The notes under the pieces are model-generated. The model searched no databases and was not told the DNA's origin. It saw only the letters and a program-made list of their open reading frames with translations. Both the position numbers and the translations under genes were made by a program. Of a DNA stretch of 64,000 nt, positions 42,049 to 58,774 are shown piece after piece (within the stretch, counting starts at the first letter, position 1; each line of letters opens with the position of its first letter). This stretch comes from the human T2T-CHM13v2.0 reference genome, Homo sapiens. The stretch lies in the NCBI RefSeq assembly GCF_009914755.1, contig NC_060926.1. One strand, given 5' to 3'.

Positions 42049-42569
42049 TGAGACAAAGTCTCACTCCATCATCCAGGCTGAAGTGCAGCAGTGTGATCTT
42101 GGCTCACTGCAACCTCCATGTCCTGGGTTCAAACGATTCTTGTGCCTTAGTCTTCTGAGTAGCTGGGACTACAGGTGCACACCACCACGCCTGGCTAATT
42201 TTTGTATTTTTTTTGGCAGGGATGGGGTTTTGCCATGTTGCCCAGGCTGGTCTCGAACTCCTGAGCTCAAGCAATCTGCCCACCTCAGCCTCCCAAAGTG
42301 CTGGGATTACACGTGTGAGCCACCATGCCCGGCCTGTTGCTGTGTCTTAAAAACGGGAAACACTATAGCTTCCGCATGTAAAGGATAAGGTTTTCTGGTT
42401 TTTACTTGCATCCCTGAGCATAGATTCATATATAAATATAGGGATTCAGAATTCTGTTAACTGTCCTTTTAACTGTAGGGTAACTGGAATTGGCCATTTT
42501 TGTTGAGTGGATCCCAAATGTCAGTATCTACAGGTCTTTTTTTCTTGTTCCAATATCCGAGAAAGGAAA

Positions 42570-42942
42570 CCTGGTTAAGTATCCCTAATACAAAAATTAA
42601 AGATCTTAAATGCTTCAATATCCGAAACTTTTTGAGAGCCGACATGTTGCCACGAATGGAAAATTCCATGCTTGACCTCATGTGACAAGTCGCAATTAAA
42701 ATACAGTCAAAACTTTGTTTTATGCATAAAATTATTTTAAAAATTATATAAATTGCCTTCAGGCTATGTGTATAAGGTATATATGAAAAACAAATGAATT
42801 TCATGTTTAGACTTGGGTCCCATCCCAAGCCTTCTCTTTATGTTTTGCAAATATTCCCAAATCCAAACAAATCCAAAATCTGAACAAATTCAAAATCCAA
42901 AACACTTCTGGTTCCATTTTGGATAAGGGGTACTCATTCTAT
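42570..42942. mobile_element. Tigger4/MER46-like (Zombi) DNA transposon fossil
   Basis: Degenerate terminal inverted repeats GGTTAAGTATCCCTAAT...GGATAAGGGGTACTCA and a characteristic internal sequence. Confidence 0.7.
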
Positions 42943-44239
42943 ATTGCACTCTCCTCTCTGGCAGGCAGATATAAGACTAGCTGCCTATTATCTGGAAGCT
43001 AAGTGAAGGAAAGGGATATTGATCAGAATGAAGAGCCTGTTATACTACTTTAAGCTGTACTCGATGTTTAAGATCAGAACTGTTACTCATCTTCTCTAGA
43101 AATGTATCTATCAAAGTACCATTGTGGGGAAGTGTAGTTGCCTGGTGTTGATGATGTAATCAGGGCATCTAGCTACTCTTCTAAAAGATTTTCAACCAAT
43201 ACTTTTGTGTTTAGCCTTACTCCTCTACCCATCTGGTCTTCATAAGTGTTTCTGTATAGTTATGATCAGTTTAGTTAGTTCTGGAGTAAACAAACATTTC
43301 AGGTTAATAAATGGGTCTTTGACTTCCATTGTGTTCAGTTGCATACGTTGTTTACCTAATGGGTTTAGGGACCTTAGGACTTGATGTCTTTTTTTTCTTC
43401 TTCTGATACTTAATCTTTTGACATGAACTTATTTGGTATATAGCATTGATATTTGACTAAATAGCTCATTGACTTACTTAGGAGAATGAGAAAATGCCTT
43501 GACTATTCCTTCACCCCAGATAATTTCATTTGAATATTATTTAATTATATAACATGGGTATTTGAAGGAGGTCTTCTAAAAGTGGTAGATGATAAGGTTA
43601 TAACTTGATGGGAGATTTGAGCATCCCTTCAGTTCATTAAACTACCAATATTATTGATGGCCTTAAAATAACTGAATCTTCTTTTTAAAGCAATGTCAAA
43701 AGTAATTTGACTTGATCTCCTATTGCAATTACTTTTACCTAACATGGATTATATAAATGTCTTATTTGTTCTAAATATGTTGCCTGTTACTTTCATTGAG
43801 TATTAGCTTGTTGTCGTATTGTCGATCATGTAGATCACGTTGTCATACTGTAGATCATGCAGATCATACTAAACTATGTAAGCCCCTTCCAGTATTATAC
43901 ATGTGGTGACTTAAATTATTTTTTACATTAGCGGTTTATGGTACCATTACCTTGACATCAGAGTACCTTGGTGTCATTACCTTGACATCAGAGTAATTTA
44001 GACTATTAAAAGGTATTTACTGTTTGGAGTTTAATTGGGCAAGATTGAAGATAATTTATAATGTCTACATTTTATATTTTTAAAAATTTAATACTTTGTT
44101 TTTTCCTAAGAGTAAGCTCTGTTGAGTAGTTTGTTTTTCTTCCTGTTGCCCATAGTTGACAGACTATAATAAGACCCTGTATTATTATTATTATTTTTAA
44201 ACAGAATCTTGCTCTGTTGCCTGCGCTGGAGTGCAGTAG

Positions 44240-44488
<249 letters not shown>

Positions 44489-46255
44489 TGAACAAGACCC
44501 TGCTTTTGATTAAGTCTTTTAAACAATTAAAAATAAAGAAAACCTTCAAAGAGAGACTACCTTTTCCGATCCTCCATTTAAAAAACTAACCTTCTAAAAC
44601 TTCTACATAGTATATAAAATTTAAACATTTTTCCTATGAAATATATTCATACTGATATATTTTCTTGATTATTTTGATCTCAGTTTGCCCTTCTACACAT
44701 AAGAATTATGCATCTTTGGAATAAGTGTTCCTTTTTTGAAAATAGAAACCACTCTAGCTACTTTAAGCAGAAATGGGTTTAGCATAGTGAATTAAGTGCT
44801 TACAAAATCACTGGAGAAACAGTCTAAGAGTGAATCCCAGAACAACAGAGTGCCAGAACAGTATAAAGCTGCAACTGGCCAGCCAAGTGAAATACTACCT
44901 CTACCACAATAAAGAACCTGAAGCTGTCTCCAGGATTATATCACTTTAGCTGTGATCTTTGGTGAACAGGAAGCTGCTGTGCCATAACTATAGATTCTAG
45001 AAGCAAAGTATGCCATAACTATAGATTCTAGAAGCAACCAGGAGAAGTGATGCCACTTGTGCTCCCTCTCACTCTCCATTAAATTAGAGAGTCAACACTG
45101 GAACCTCTGTTAAAGCTGCTTCAGAAAAACCAAGTATCTTTACAACTATTCTAAGCAGCACAAGTTGGTTGTGAATTATAGTTAACACCATCTTTCCTTG
45201 TTTCAAATCTCATGTTAGTGCATCTGATTAGTTAAACCAAAATCACATCTGAAACTTTGGCTGCTAAGGATTCCAGGAAATACAGCTTCTAGCTTTCCAA
45301 CTCTATAAAATAGAAAGGTATCTTGGAAGCTGGAATGGATAGGTGATGCCGGTTTATCATATTCTCTACAAGCAGAGGTGTTAAGAGTTTAGGGTCTGTA
45401 GTCAGGCAGCCTGGATTTTAACCTTGGGTTTGCCTCTTGTGAGCTCTCTGACGTTGGGCAAATTGCTTAACTGCCCTGTGTTCTAGTTTTTTCTCTCACG
45501 TAGTAGGTATCTATCCCATAGTGTTGTTTGAGTATTTAATGAAGAATGTGGTAAGACTTGCATTAATTCTTACTCAGACATGTAATGTAATTTTCTTGTA
45601 AGCAATCTGGGCCTGGAGTTTTCTTTGTGGTAAGTTTTATATTTATGAATTCAGTTTTTGAAATAGTTTAGACTATTCGGATTTTCCGTTTCTTCTTGTG
45701 TCAGTTTTAGTAGTTGTGTTTTTCTAGGAATTTGTCCATTTCATCTAAATTTTTAAAGTTAGTTTTCATAAATATCCCTTTATTATTATTTTTTAATGTC
45801 TGCAGGATTTATAGTAACCTCCCTGTATCACATTGATAGTTCTTCCTTTTTTCTTATTAGTCTTATTAAGGATTTATCAGTTTTATCAATCTTTTCAAAG
45901 AAACAACGTTTAGTATTATCGATCCTCTCTCCTGTGTTTGTTTTCTACTTCATTAACCTGTACTCTTTTAGGGATCTATTTTGCTTATTTTTCAAATTTT
46001 TGCAATGAATGCTTATTAACTTTTGGCCTTTCTGTATTTTTTTCTGTAAGCCTGGATTTAGCTGCATGTCATATGTTTTGAAATGTATTTCTATTGTCAT
46101 TCAATTCAAAATACTTTATAATTTTCTTTGTTTTTTCAGAGATAGAGCCTCACTCTGTTCCCCAATTTGGAGTGCAATGGCTTCATCATTGCTCACTACA
46201 ACCTCAAACTCCTATGCTCAAGCAATCCTCTTGCCTCAGCTTCCTGAGTAGCTAG

Positions 46256-46610
<355 letters not shown>

Positions 46611-48024
46611 TAGATATGGGGTCTTGCCATGTTGCTCAGGCTGGTCTGGAATTCCTGGCCTCAAGCAGTCCTCCTGCCTCAGCCTTCCAAAGTGTTAGGA
46701 TTACAGACATGAGCCACTGCACCTGGCCTATAGTTTTTATTATGTGTTCTTTTTCTGTTTCACAGGTTATTTATAAGTACATTGCCTAGTTTCCAAATAT
46801 ATTTGGCTTTTCAAATATCTTTTTCTTTATTTTTGTTTGCTTATGAGTCTGAAGTTATTTTATATCTAAGATTTTTCTATCATGGGAAATATAAAACATA
46901 TATAAAGCTAGAGAGAACAATACAATAATCATTCAGGTACTGATAAGCTTCAACACTGTTAACTCATGAACAGCTGTGTTTATTCTCACTTCTCCCATTG
47001 CCCCACCACCATTATTTTGAAGCAAATCTCAGATGTCATTTTTTCTTTAAATATTTCATTATGAACTTATAAAAATGACATTAAAAAATCACAATACCAC
47101 ATCAACCCAGAATAATTAATTGATGTCATGAAATATCTGATCAGTTTTCAAATTTTCCCCATTTTGTCATAATTTTTCTTTATAATTTGATTATTTTGGA
47201 GGAGGATCCAAATAAAATCCAAGCATTATTATTGGTTGATATGCCCCACACTTAAAAACCTGGCTTTTAGCAACACCAGCAAAATTATTCATTATGCTAA
47301 AACATACATACCTTGCATACTCAATATACCTCCCCATTCCTAGGTAAGCTTTGAAATTCAACTTTTCTCTCCTAGCTCCATAGGTTGTTAAAGAAGCAGC
47401 TTATCTTCTTGGTTCTTTCTTTTAGAATTGACACATATCCCCAGGAGAAAAGTGGTTGCAAAAGTCAGAGTAACCTTTGTAGGTTTTCTCCTTTTAAAGA
47501 TATAAGACTGCAAGCCAAGTGCTGTGGCTCACTTCTGTAATCCCAGCACTTTGGGAGGCCAGGGTTGAAGATCACTTGAGCCCAGGAGTTTGAATCCAGC
47601 CTGGGTAATATAGGGAGACCCCATCTCTACAAAAAATTTAAAAAATTAACCAGACGTGGTGGTGCATACTTTTAGTTCCAGCTGCTAGGGAGCCTGAGGT
47701 AGGAGGATCGCCTGAACCCAGCTGGGTGACAGGCTGGGTGACAGTGAGGCTGCGTGACAAAGTAAGATCCTGTCTCAAAAAAAAAAAAAAAGATATCAGA
47801 CTTGTAAATCTTCACTGTCTTTGCTCTCTGATGTCTTCAAGTAATGCTTTAAAATATTTTGTTCATCTTTTATAGTTATCTTCAGTAGGAGATATATCTG
47901 AATTATCTAATCTGTCATTATTAGAAGGGAAAGTCCCCTTACCACTTAAATTTTGAACATTTTGAACACTAAACTTACTATATGTTTAGATAACATGACT
48001 GCAATATTTGGCTTTATTTCAAAG

Positions 48025-48197
48025 GTTCTGAAGCAAAAACACCTGGATGATTGCCTGCGACATGTATCTGTAAGAAGATTTGAATCATTTAATCTGTTTT
48101 CAGTAACAGAAGGCAAAGAAAGGGAAACTGAAGAGGAGGTTGGTGCATGGGTCCAATATACAAGCATCTTCTGTCCTGAATACAGTATCTCCTTAAG
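48025..48197 (+). CDS. CAMKMT: CAMKMT coding exon 2 ([25 protein letters not shown]...EYSISL)
   Basis: Acceptor TTTATTTCAAAG|GTT, donor AAG|GTAACC; 173 nt; in frame with exon 1; contains the RRFESFNLF motif. Confidence 0.94.
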
Positions 48198-51196
48198 GTA
48201 ACCATTATTCTAGTTAAGATTTTGTAAACACTAGATTTCTCTTGGATAAGAAAAACAATCTAATAAGAATCATCATTATTTATTCTATTGAGTTTACGGG
48301 CAATCTTTTTCAGAACTTAGGTTTTACAACTTGTTTTAGGAAATCCTGCTATTTTAACTGGGTCTTGCTGTATTATCAGACTAAAGGAAACAAGTTCTCA
48401 CAAATATAGTGGCATTTGAAGATAAGGTGGTTGCAAATCAAAGGGTTCATTTAAACATTCTGTCATAACATTTGTTTATGACAAAAAGCCATGTTTGTTC
48501 TGAGGCAAAGAAGGGGCTGAAAGTGAAAACAGAATTTTTCCAAACTACCCTTCAAGTAATAATCTGAAAAATCAAGCTTTGGTATTTTTTCCATTTATTT
48601 ATTTTTTTATTACTTTCAGAATAGAATCAATCTTAAGACTAAAGGAGAAAATTCAACTGAAAACACTGATATTGTAAGAAGCATATGGACTGTTCTGACT
48701 TTAAAAATCATTAGAAAAGAGACAAGAGAGTTACAGACTGCAATAACAAGATACCATTTTACTGAATTAATTTTCTCTCACAGTTATGTTCTAGCATGTT
48801 GCAATATTACTGTAGGTGTTTGATTTTATAAAATCTGCCTTTTCTGACAGTATTTCACATTTTGAAAGGGAGGGAGGAGCACATTTACAGTAACTGTAAG
48901 AAGAGCAAAAAACATTTTAAGTGTAAATGTGACTGAATAAGGTTTAGGTGAGGCTAGGAATAATTTTAAGAAAAAAATTTTCACAAAGCGTATCTTTTTA
49001 TAGTATATGTTTCTCGAGCTATTTTAGTTTAGAATATCTAAGCTTTAAAACATAATAGCTAAAAATTGGGATTTGGATAAAAATTGACTAGGTTGGGCAG
49101 GAAAGAACAATTAGAATCTGGTTTTATAATACTATTTTACTGAAAATGCCGGCTGGGCGCAGTGGCTCATGCCTGTAATCCTAGCACTTCAGGAGGCCAA
49201 GGTGGGTGGATCACTTGACCCTAGGAGTTCAAGACCAGCCTGGGCAACATGGCAAAACCCCACCTTTACAAAAATACAAAAATTAATTGGGCATGGTGGC
49301 ATGTGCCTATGGTCTTAGCTACTCCAGAGGCTGAGGTGGAAAGATTGATTGAGCCCGGGAGGTTGAGGCTGCTGTGAGCTGTGCCATTGCATTCTAGCCT
49401 GGATGACAGAGTAAGACTCTGCCTCAAAAAAAAAAAAAAAAAAAAAAAATCAAAGTAAAGAAAATGCCAAATAAAATATATAAACTTACAGATTTTGGGG
49501 TGTACCTGTACATTAATTATGAGATTCTCATTAGGATACCCCAACTGCTTTGCCTTTTGATGGAGATAATCAGTTTTGTCCTTGGTTAGAAAGGAAAGAA
49601 AGGTATATGCTTACTCTGTGTCAGGTACAGAGCTAGGTGTTTTGATGTATTCCATTTCAAGTGATCCTTACAATAACTTTGTGAAGCAGGAATGGAAATG
49701 ATTAAACATTTAGAAGGAAATGAAAGACAAGAAAGGACAGAGTGATCCAGTAGGGGTCTTTAGGTATAAAGTTCTAAAACTTATCTTCTGCATCCACTGG
49801 TGAAAAGAGACAATAAGTATAAATTATAGCAAGAATAATTTCCTGACATCTTCAAGGCCCTGGTAAGGGTTAGCCAGTGAGAATGTGAAATAGTCTCTTC
49901 TTGAGATCTTTCAAAGCAAGTCATGGTTATCCACTTGTAGAGATGATCCTCATGTAGTACTATCCAGAGCCCAAGCTATAGAGTAAACTGGGACTCCTTT
50001 CCAACAGCATTGTTCTTTGTGATATATCTTCTTGTGATATATGAAAGAATAAATGTATATCTATACAAATATGACATTGAGTTGGAAAAAAGACACGTGA
50101 CTGAGCTAAAGTGTTGGCTTCATTGGCTGCCAAGATTTTTTTTTTCAAACTAGTTAGTATCTGTCCACATTAGTGCAAAAATAACAGTACTTTGGGAGGC
50201 CGAAGCAAGACGATCACTTGAGGCCAGGAGTTCAAGACTAGCCTTGGCAACATAGGGAAACCCTGTCTCTACAAAAAATTTTAAAAATTAGCCAGGGGTG
50301 GTGGTATGTGCTTGTAGTCCCAGGCACTCAGGAGGCTGAGGCAGGAGAATCCTTACAGCCCAGGATTTCAAGGCTGCAGTGAGCCATAATCATGCCACTG
50401 CACTCCAGTTTGGGCGATAGAGTGAGACCCCTTTAGGGATTACAGGCTTGAGCCACCATGCCTGGCCAGGGTTTCTGTTTTTTTTTTGTTTTGTTTTTTA
50501 ATATTACTTGGAATAGCCCAAAGCAGTGGTTTAGAAGTAGTTTTGCAATGAAGTGGAGTACTCTCATCTTCCTCTATATTTTTTAAGTTTGTTTAATCAG
50601 CAGTAATGATGATTGAAAAAAAAGGGATGAATAGTGTTAAATTCAAACCAATAAATATTTAATAGCACCTTCTATATATATATAAAAAAACAGAAATAAA
50701 TATAAATATACAATACTATGGTTAAGGAGCTGAAATAGATAAAAGTTAAATAATAAAAATAATTAAATAAGGAAAGTTAACTATTCAGTGTAAGAACTCT
50801 CACCAGGCTGTGCATAAGTACTTTCAAAATGAGTGGAATACTCACACTTAATAGAAGTTTAGAGGTAGGAGTGAGTTTTGGAAATGATTTTTAAAAAAAC
50901 TGGATCTGGAAGTACTTGAAAGTTCTGGGAGAAGGGGATGCCCAGATGATGGCAAAGATACTAGAAAATACACAGGGTAAGAAAGAGCAAGACAGAATCA
51001 TCAGAGGCTACTGAGAAGAGGCCATTGCAGTCTTTAGCTGGAGGAATGATTATCAATATATATTATATGGTGGATCTGCTCCAGGTTCTTGGTTTTTTTT
51101 TTCTTTTTAGAGAAGGAGTCTCAATCTGTCACCCAGGCTGGAGTGCAGTAGCCCATTCTCAGCTTACTGCAACCTTTACCTCCAGGGTTCAAGTGA

Positions 51197-51481
<285 letters not shown>

Positions 51482-53776
51482 TGAGAAGGGTGGATCACTT
51501 GAGCCTAGGAGTTTGAGACCAGCCTGGCCAACATGCTGAAACCCTGTCTCTACTAAAAATACAAAAAAAATTAGCTGGACATGGTGGTTCATGCCTGTAA
51601 TCCCAGTATCCCAGTTACTCGGTGGCTAACACATGAGAATAGCTTGAACGTGGGAGGTGGAGGTTGCAGTCAGATGAGATTGTGCCACTGAACTCCAGCC
51701 TGGTGACGAAGTGAGACTCTGTATCAAAAAAAAAAAAAAAAATAGACACTGGGGATGTTACAAGTTCCTCACAAATCATAATTGTAAACCCCATTTTCAC
51801 TTTCTCAGTTCTTATCGCCTAAGATCACCTGCCACAGCTTAACAGAGATAACACACACAGGGTGATCAGCACTTGTTATCAATACCTATTAGTTTTGTCT
51901 ATCTTAAACTTTTGCTACCCATTCATTTCTGTCTCCTTAAAGTTTTATTAGAGTTGAAGTGAATACCCCCAAGAGGGTTAATGCCTAGGTATTTGTGAAT
52001 TCAAAATACCTAGTTGTATCTTGTTTATATAAGCAGTGACCTTAAAAACTTTGACCATTATTTTCTGTCAGCCTTACATGATAATAATTAAAATGAAGGA
52101 ATAATTTTCCCTTAGTGACTTTTCATCTGAAGCTAAAGTTTAAACAATGTAAAAGTTAGGTTACAAAACTCCCAAGGTTTGTTGTCGTCTTTGTCTACCT
52201 GTGGATGGTGACTCTTTGTTTCAAATTACGTCTTGAGAGTTATGAAATGAAAATCCAGGGTATGACTCCTGGATTTTGTTCCTTGACAAACTATTCTTGC
52301 CTTTCTGGTACTTTCTTTCTTTCTCTTTTTTGAGACGGTCTCACTCTGTTGCCCAGGCTGGTATGCAGTGGCATGATCATAGCTCACTGAAGCCTTGACC
52401 TCCCAGGCTTAAGCAATCCGCCCGCCTTAGTCTCCCAAGTGGCTAGGACTACAGTTACATGCCACCATGCCCAGCTAATTTTTGTATATTTTGTAGAGAT
52501 GGGGTTTTGCTGTGTTGCCCAGGCTGGTCTCAAACTGCTGGGGTCAAGGGATCTGCCTGCCTTGACCTCCCAAAGTGCTGGGATTACAGGCGTAAGCCAC
52601 TATGCCTGGACTTTGGTACTTTGTTTCTTAGAACTTTGTAGAAGAGGCTCTTGTTATTAGATAGATGCAAGTATATAAGCTAAGAGACACCAGGAGATGT
52701 TTATACCAAAATTCTTTGATTAAAATTTCCTTTTCCCTATCTCATAAACTATAATATATTGTTGTATAAAGCTTGCTGTGTAGATACAAGAAATTGTTCC
52801 TATCTCCCATATTTCAACTTAATTCCAGCACAGCAGGAATTTGCATATTCTGGAAGCTTTAAATTGCTTCCATTATATATGGAACCATAGAAGTGCCTGA
52901 GTTATTCATTTATAAGTGTATACGTGTCTTAGGTATAGAGAAAGCTGAGAGGCCTGAACTGTCCTTCTTTGTTTGAAGAAGACTACTGTTACTATGGTAA
53001 TTGCTGAATTAGAAGGCTAGAACTCTTGACTTTTGCCTTGTCCTGGGAACTTAGAATGGGCAAAAAGTCAAGAATGACTTTGTCTTTGACTGTGTTGCAT
53101 CTTTCTGTTATAACAAATGCACTACACCGAGATCATACCTTCCATTTCTAGGGAAAGAAAAAGACAAACCAAACCCTCACCTCATTATTTTAGTTATATA
53201 GCTTGTGAATGTTCAGTAAATAAAAACTAGTGATTAGATGGTTTGCTTATGAAATTAGATGTATGGCAGATTATTTTTGTATGTGTAGTATAACCTAGGT
53301 ACGTATATAGAGCTTGGCGAGGCTGGCATCTAAGACAAATACGAATACTGCATCTATATTTAAAAGCATAGTTTTATTGTTAGTAGTGATATTAACAACA
53401 GAGGTGATTATAGCAATAAAACAACGTTTTTTAGGACCTTTAAAATATGATCCGTAGTTTCCAGAAAACTGTGAATTCCATTGTGTCACATTTTTATGGA
53501 TCTTAAATCATAGATATGGGCTAGTATAACTTAGTTTTCTAATTTGTTTTAAATTTCATTGCAATTTTTTATGTAACGTGCTTACATATAAATATACTGT
53601 TTCAGTAAATTGAAATGTTCCCTTAAACATTTTCCAAATCCCAATATAGTACATGTAGAAACCATCTACTAATTTCCTAAAACTCATAAGACTGGAAAAC
53701 ATCTCTTTAGCTATTTTTAAAATTTGTAATTTTTAAGCACTTATTTTTGAAAGAACTCCAAAGCATCTAGAATTAA

Positions 53777-54069
<293 letters not shown>

Positions 54070-54199
54070 TGAGCCACCGCGCCTGGCCTAGAATTAAGTT
54101 TTTAAAACCTTCTGAAAACCTCTCCTCTTTGTTCTTCTGCAGCCTTTTAGGACCCACTCCACTCTCTGGCTTACTTTGTATTTTTGGATCAATTTTCTT

Positions 54200-55340
54200 T
54201 TACTCACAATACAATTTACATAACAAAATTTGCTATTTTAATCACTTTAAAGTATGCAATTCAGTGGTTTTAAGTATATTTACAATGTTGTACAGCCTTC
54301 ACCACTATTCCAGAACTTTTTCATTACCTTGAAAAGAAACCCCATATACATTGGCTGTAACTCCCCATTCTCCTTCTTCCTCTAGTCCCTGGCAACCAGT
54401 ACTTGACTTTCTGTCTCTATGTGTTGTCTGTTCTGGACACTTTATGTAAATGGAATCCTACAATATGTGGCCCTGTATGTCTGTCTTCTTTCACTGAGCG
54501 TAATCTTTTTAAATTTAAGATTCAGCCATATTGTACCACATAACAGTACCTCATACTTTTTTTATGGCATCCCACTGTATGGCTAATGTATTTTGTTTTT
54601 TTCATCAGTTGATGAACATTTGGATTGTTTCTAATTTTGGGCTATTATGAATAATGCCACTATGAATATGCATGTACAAGTTTTTGTGTGAACATATGCT
54701 TTTAATTCTCTTGGGTATGTACCCAGGAGTGGAATTGCTGGGTCATGTGGTATCTTTATGTTTAACTTTTTGAGGAATAGCCAACTATTTTTCATAGGGC
54801 TGTACCATTTTATATTCTAGGAATGTATGAGTGTTTTAGTTTCTCCCCATACTTATCAGTGAAGCACTTGTTAATTTTTCTTCTTTTTTAAAAAATATTA
54901 CAACCCTTATAGTGGATATGAAGTGATATCTCACTGTGGCTTTGATATGCATTTCTCTATTGTCTAATGATGTTGAGTATCTTTTCATGTGCTTATTGGC
55001 CATTTGTATTTTTTTTCTTTTTTTTGAGAAATGCCTATTCAAGTTCTCTGCCTGCTTTTTTTTTAATGTTTTATTTTCTTTCCAATGGGACTTTTGCACT
55101 CCTGTCTTTGTGTTTTTAATTGAGCTGTCTCTTTTTATTGTCAGAGTTATTTTTATATATTCTGGATATTAGACCCTATCATACATGTGATATTTGCAAA
55201 TATTTTCTCCTAGCCTGTGCATTTTCTTTTAACTTTCTTGATATGTAGTATCTTTTGATGCACAAAATTTTTAATTTTGATGAGGTGTAACATGTCTATT
55301 TTTTCATTTGTTATCTATAATTTTAATGTCATATTTATCC
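54200..55340 (-). mobile_element. Old L1M 3' fragment
   Basis: CCCAGGAGTGGAATTGCTGGGTCAT and GTTGAGTATCTTTTCATGTGCTTATTGGCCATTTG are L1 ORF2-end signatures. Confidence 0.85.
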
Positions 55341-56195
55341 ATGGCTTGCTTTTCACCTCTAGTTTCAACCTCTTGGCATGTTTAGGCTTCAGATTTTTCC
55401 TCTAGCAGCTTTTCTTTTTCCCTCTTCAAATAATTATCTGCCCCAATGACTCGTTCCTCAGTCCTTACTCAGCAGGCCATTTTTAGGAAGAAACTCAAAG
55501 TTCCTCAGTTCTAGGATAGCTTTAGGTGCTTGTGAAAAAAATGGTTTGGCCCTGGGGAGAAGAATCTGGCCATTGTTAATGGTTTGGGATAAAGCTTTGA
55601 AGTTTAGGACAAAGATAGAGTGAACTTTTTATACTCTGAGTATGTTGGCAAAAAATCGTAGTTGTCACATAACATTAATTACAAGTATAATGCTAAGACT
55701 GAAGTTTTTAAGAATTTAAGTTTGAGCAGTTTCTTTTGTTATAGGCATTACTAGCGAACCACAGAGATCAGACAGGACCTAGGTAAATAGTTGAAAAACT
55801 AAGACTAGACAAGAGCTTGTAGACTTGACGCTTGAATAAAGTAGATGACTCAGTGAAAAAGAACGGTCCTTAAGTTTGGAACAAATGAAATGGAACTTGA
55901 AGTAACCAAACTGAATCTTTGTCATACTATATTGATAGCAGTTTTCCTATAATTAGAACTAACTTCTTATAGTTTTGAAAATAGTGATTATTAACATTAT
56001 TCTTTCATAAGATGCCATCTTTTAGGGTTTTTAAACCCTGATAACTTCATGGATAATTGATTTCATTTTTATAAGTATCTTAGAGGTATAGGATGAGGTT
56101 TACTGTTTCTCCACTGCCTACCCCCTTAAAAAGGTCATATGGTAAGCATTCTGTTTCTTTAAGAAATAATGCTTTCGGCCGGGCATGGTGGCTCA

Positions 56196-56512
<317 letters not shown>

Positions 56513-57224
56513 TCAAATTTTTTATTTTGAATAGTGTTTTTAACTTTTAAAACATGTACTTAACTTCTATTATCTCAGTTTGTTTTTTAGAAATTAAAAA
56601 AAATTACCATTATTACAAAATATGTGCATGTTATTTCTACTTGTTTCAGATTTAATTACAAGTATTTATTTCATCCTGATATATGAGAGACAGAGAGGGA
56701 GAGAGACAGATGCAAGAAGAAGAGAATATTCTTATTAAAATTAGGCCATAAAACAATTCCACTTTTAGCAATGTATCTTAAGTAAACAATCAGAAATAGA
56801 TTTGATGTTTTCCACAAGAATGTTCACTGCAGCAGTGTGCACAATAGTACAAAATTGGGCACAATCTTAAAATCCAACATAAAGTTCTGGTTCAATAAAT
56901 TATGGTGCAGACATCCATTGAACTTGGCAGCCATTAAAATCATATTATGGGATATTACTTAATGATGTGGGAAACTGTTTATAATACATACTTTGTTATA
57001 ATTGGTGAATAACAAATTGCAAAACAATATGGACAAGTGCTTTCAGTTCTTTAATAAAAGGAATATGTGAACATAGAATAAGATTTGAAGGCTGCGTACC
57101 AAAATTCTCATGTTATCTCTCCATGTTAGGATTATGAGCGGTTTTTTCTTGAAGGAACCGTATATTGCTTTTATATTAAAACTTTTTTTGGATTTCAATA
57201 CTGTATTGTTGATAATTTTAATAG

Positions 57225-57458
<234 letters not shown>

Positions 57459-57761
57459 TGAACTCCTGACCTTAGGTGATTCTACCTGCGTCAACCTCCT
57501 AAAGTGCTGGGATTATAGGCGTGAGTCATGTTGCATTTTGGAGGTTAAATATTTTGCTCATTTTCATCTTTTCTTAGTATTTACTGTAGTTTTCCATATT
57601 AGTGTAAATAACCTCATCTCTACCTAGAATCTTATAGGCCCAGAGAAGACAAAGAATCATTATGTTATTATGATTGTTTTATTTGTGATTGGTGACTTTG
57701 TTTTTTCAGATTATGATACTTTGGGGCCTAGTGCTTATTTGGTCAGTCATATTGCAAATAA

Positions 57762-58013
<252 letters not shown>

Positions 58014-58189
58014 TGATCCACCCGCCTTGGCCTCCCAAAGTGCTGGGATTACAGGCGTGAGCCACCACGCCCGGCCAACTTTTTTCATCTCATTTAATTA
58101 CCCTGTCAAAGGACTGGGCCTCTGTGGCAGAAATAAAGAAAAGCTCTATTTTTATGGAAAGGGTAATACAGTTTACACGTATTCTCTTA

Positions 58190-58741
<552 letters not shown>

Positions 58742-58774
58742 TGAGCCACTGCACCTGACCCCTTTTTTTAATTT

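Noticed and set aside
48013-48024. AAG acceptor of CAMKMT exon 2 as an anomaly
   Set aside because: AAG 3' splice sites are a less common but normal variant, and the frame joins exon 1 correctly.
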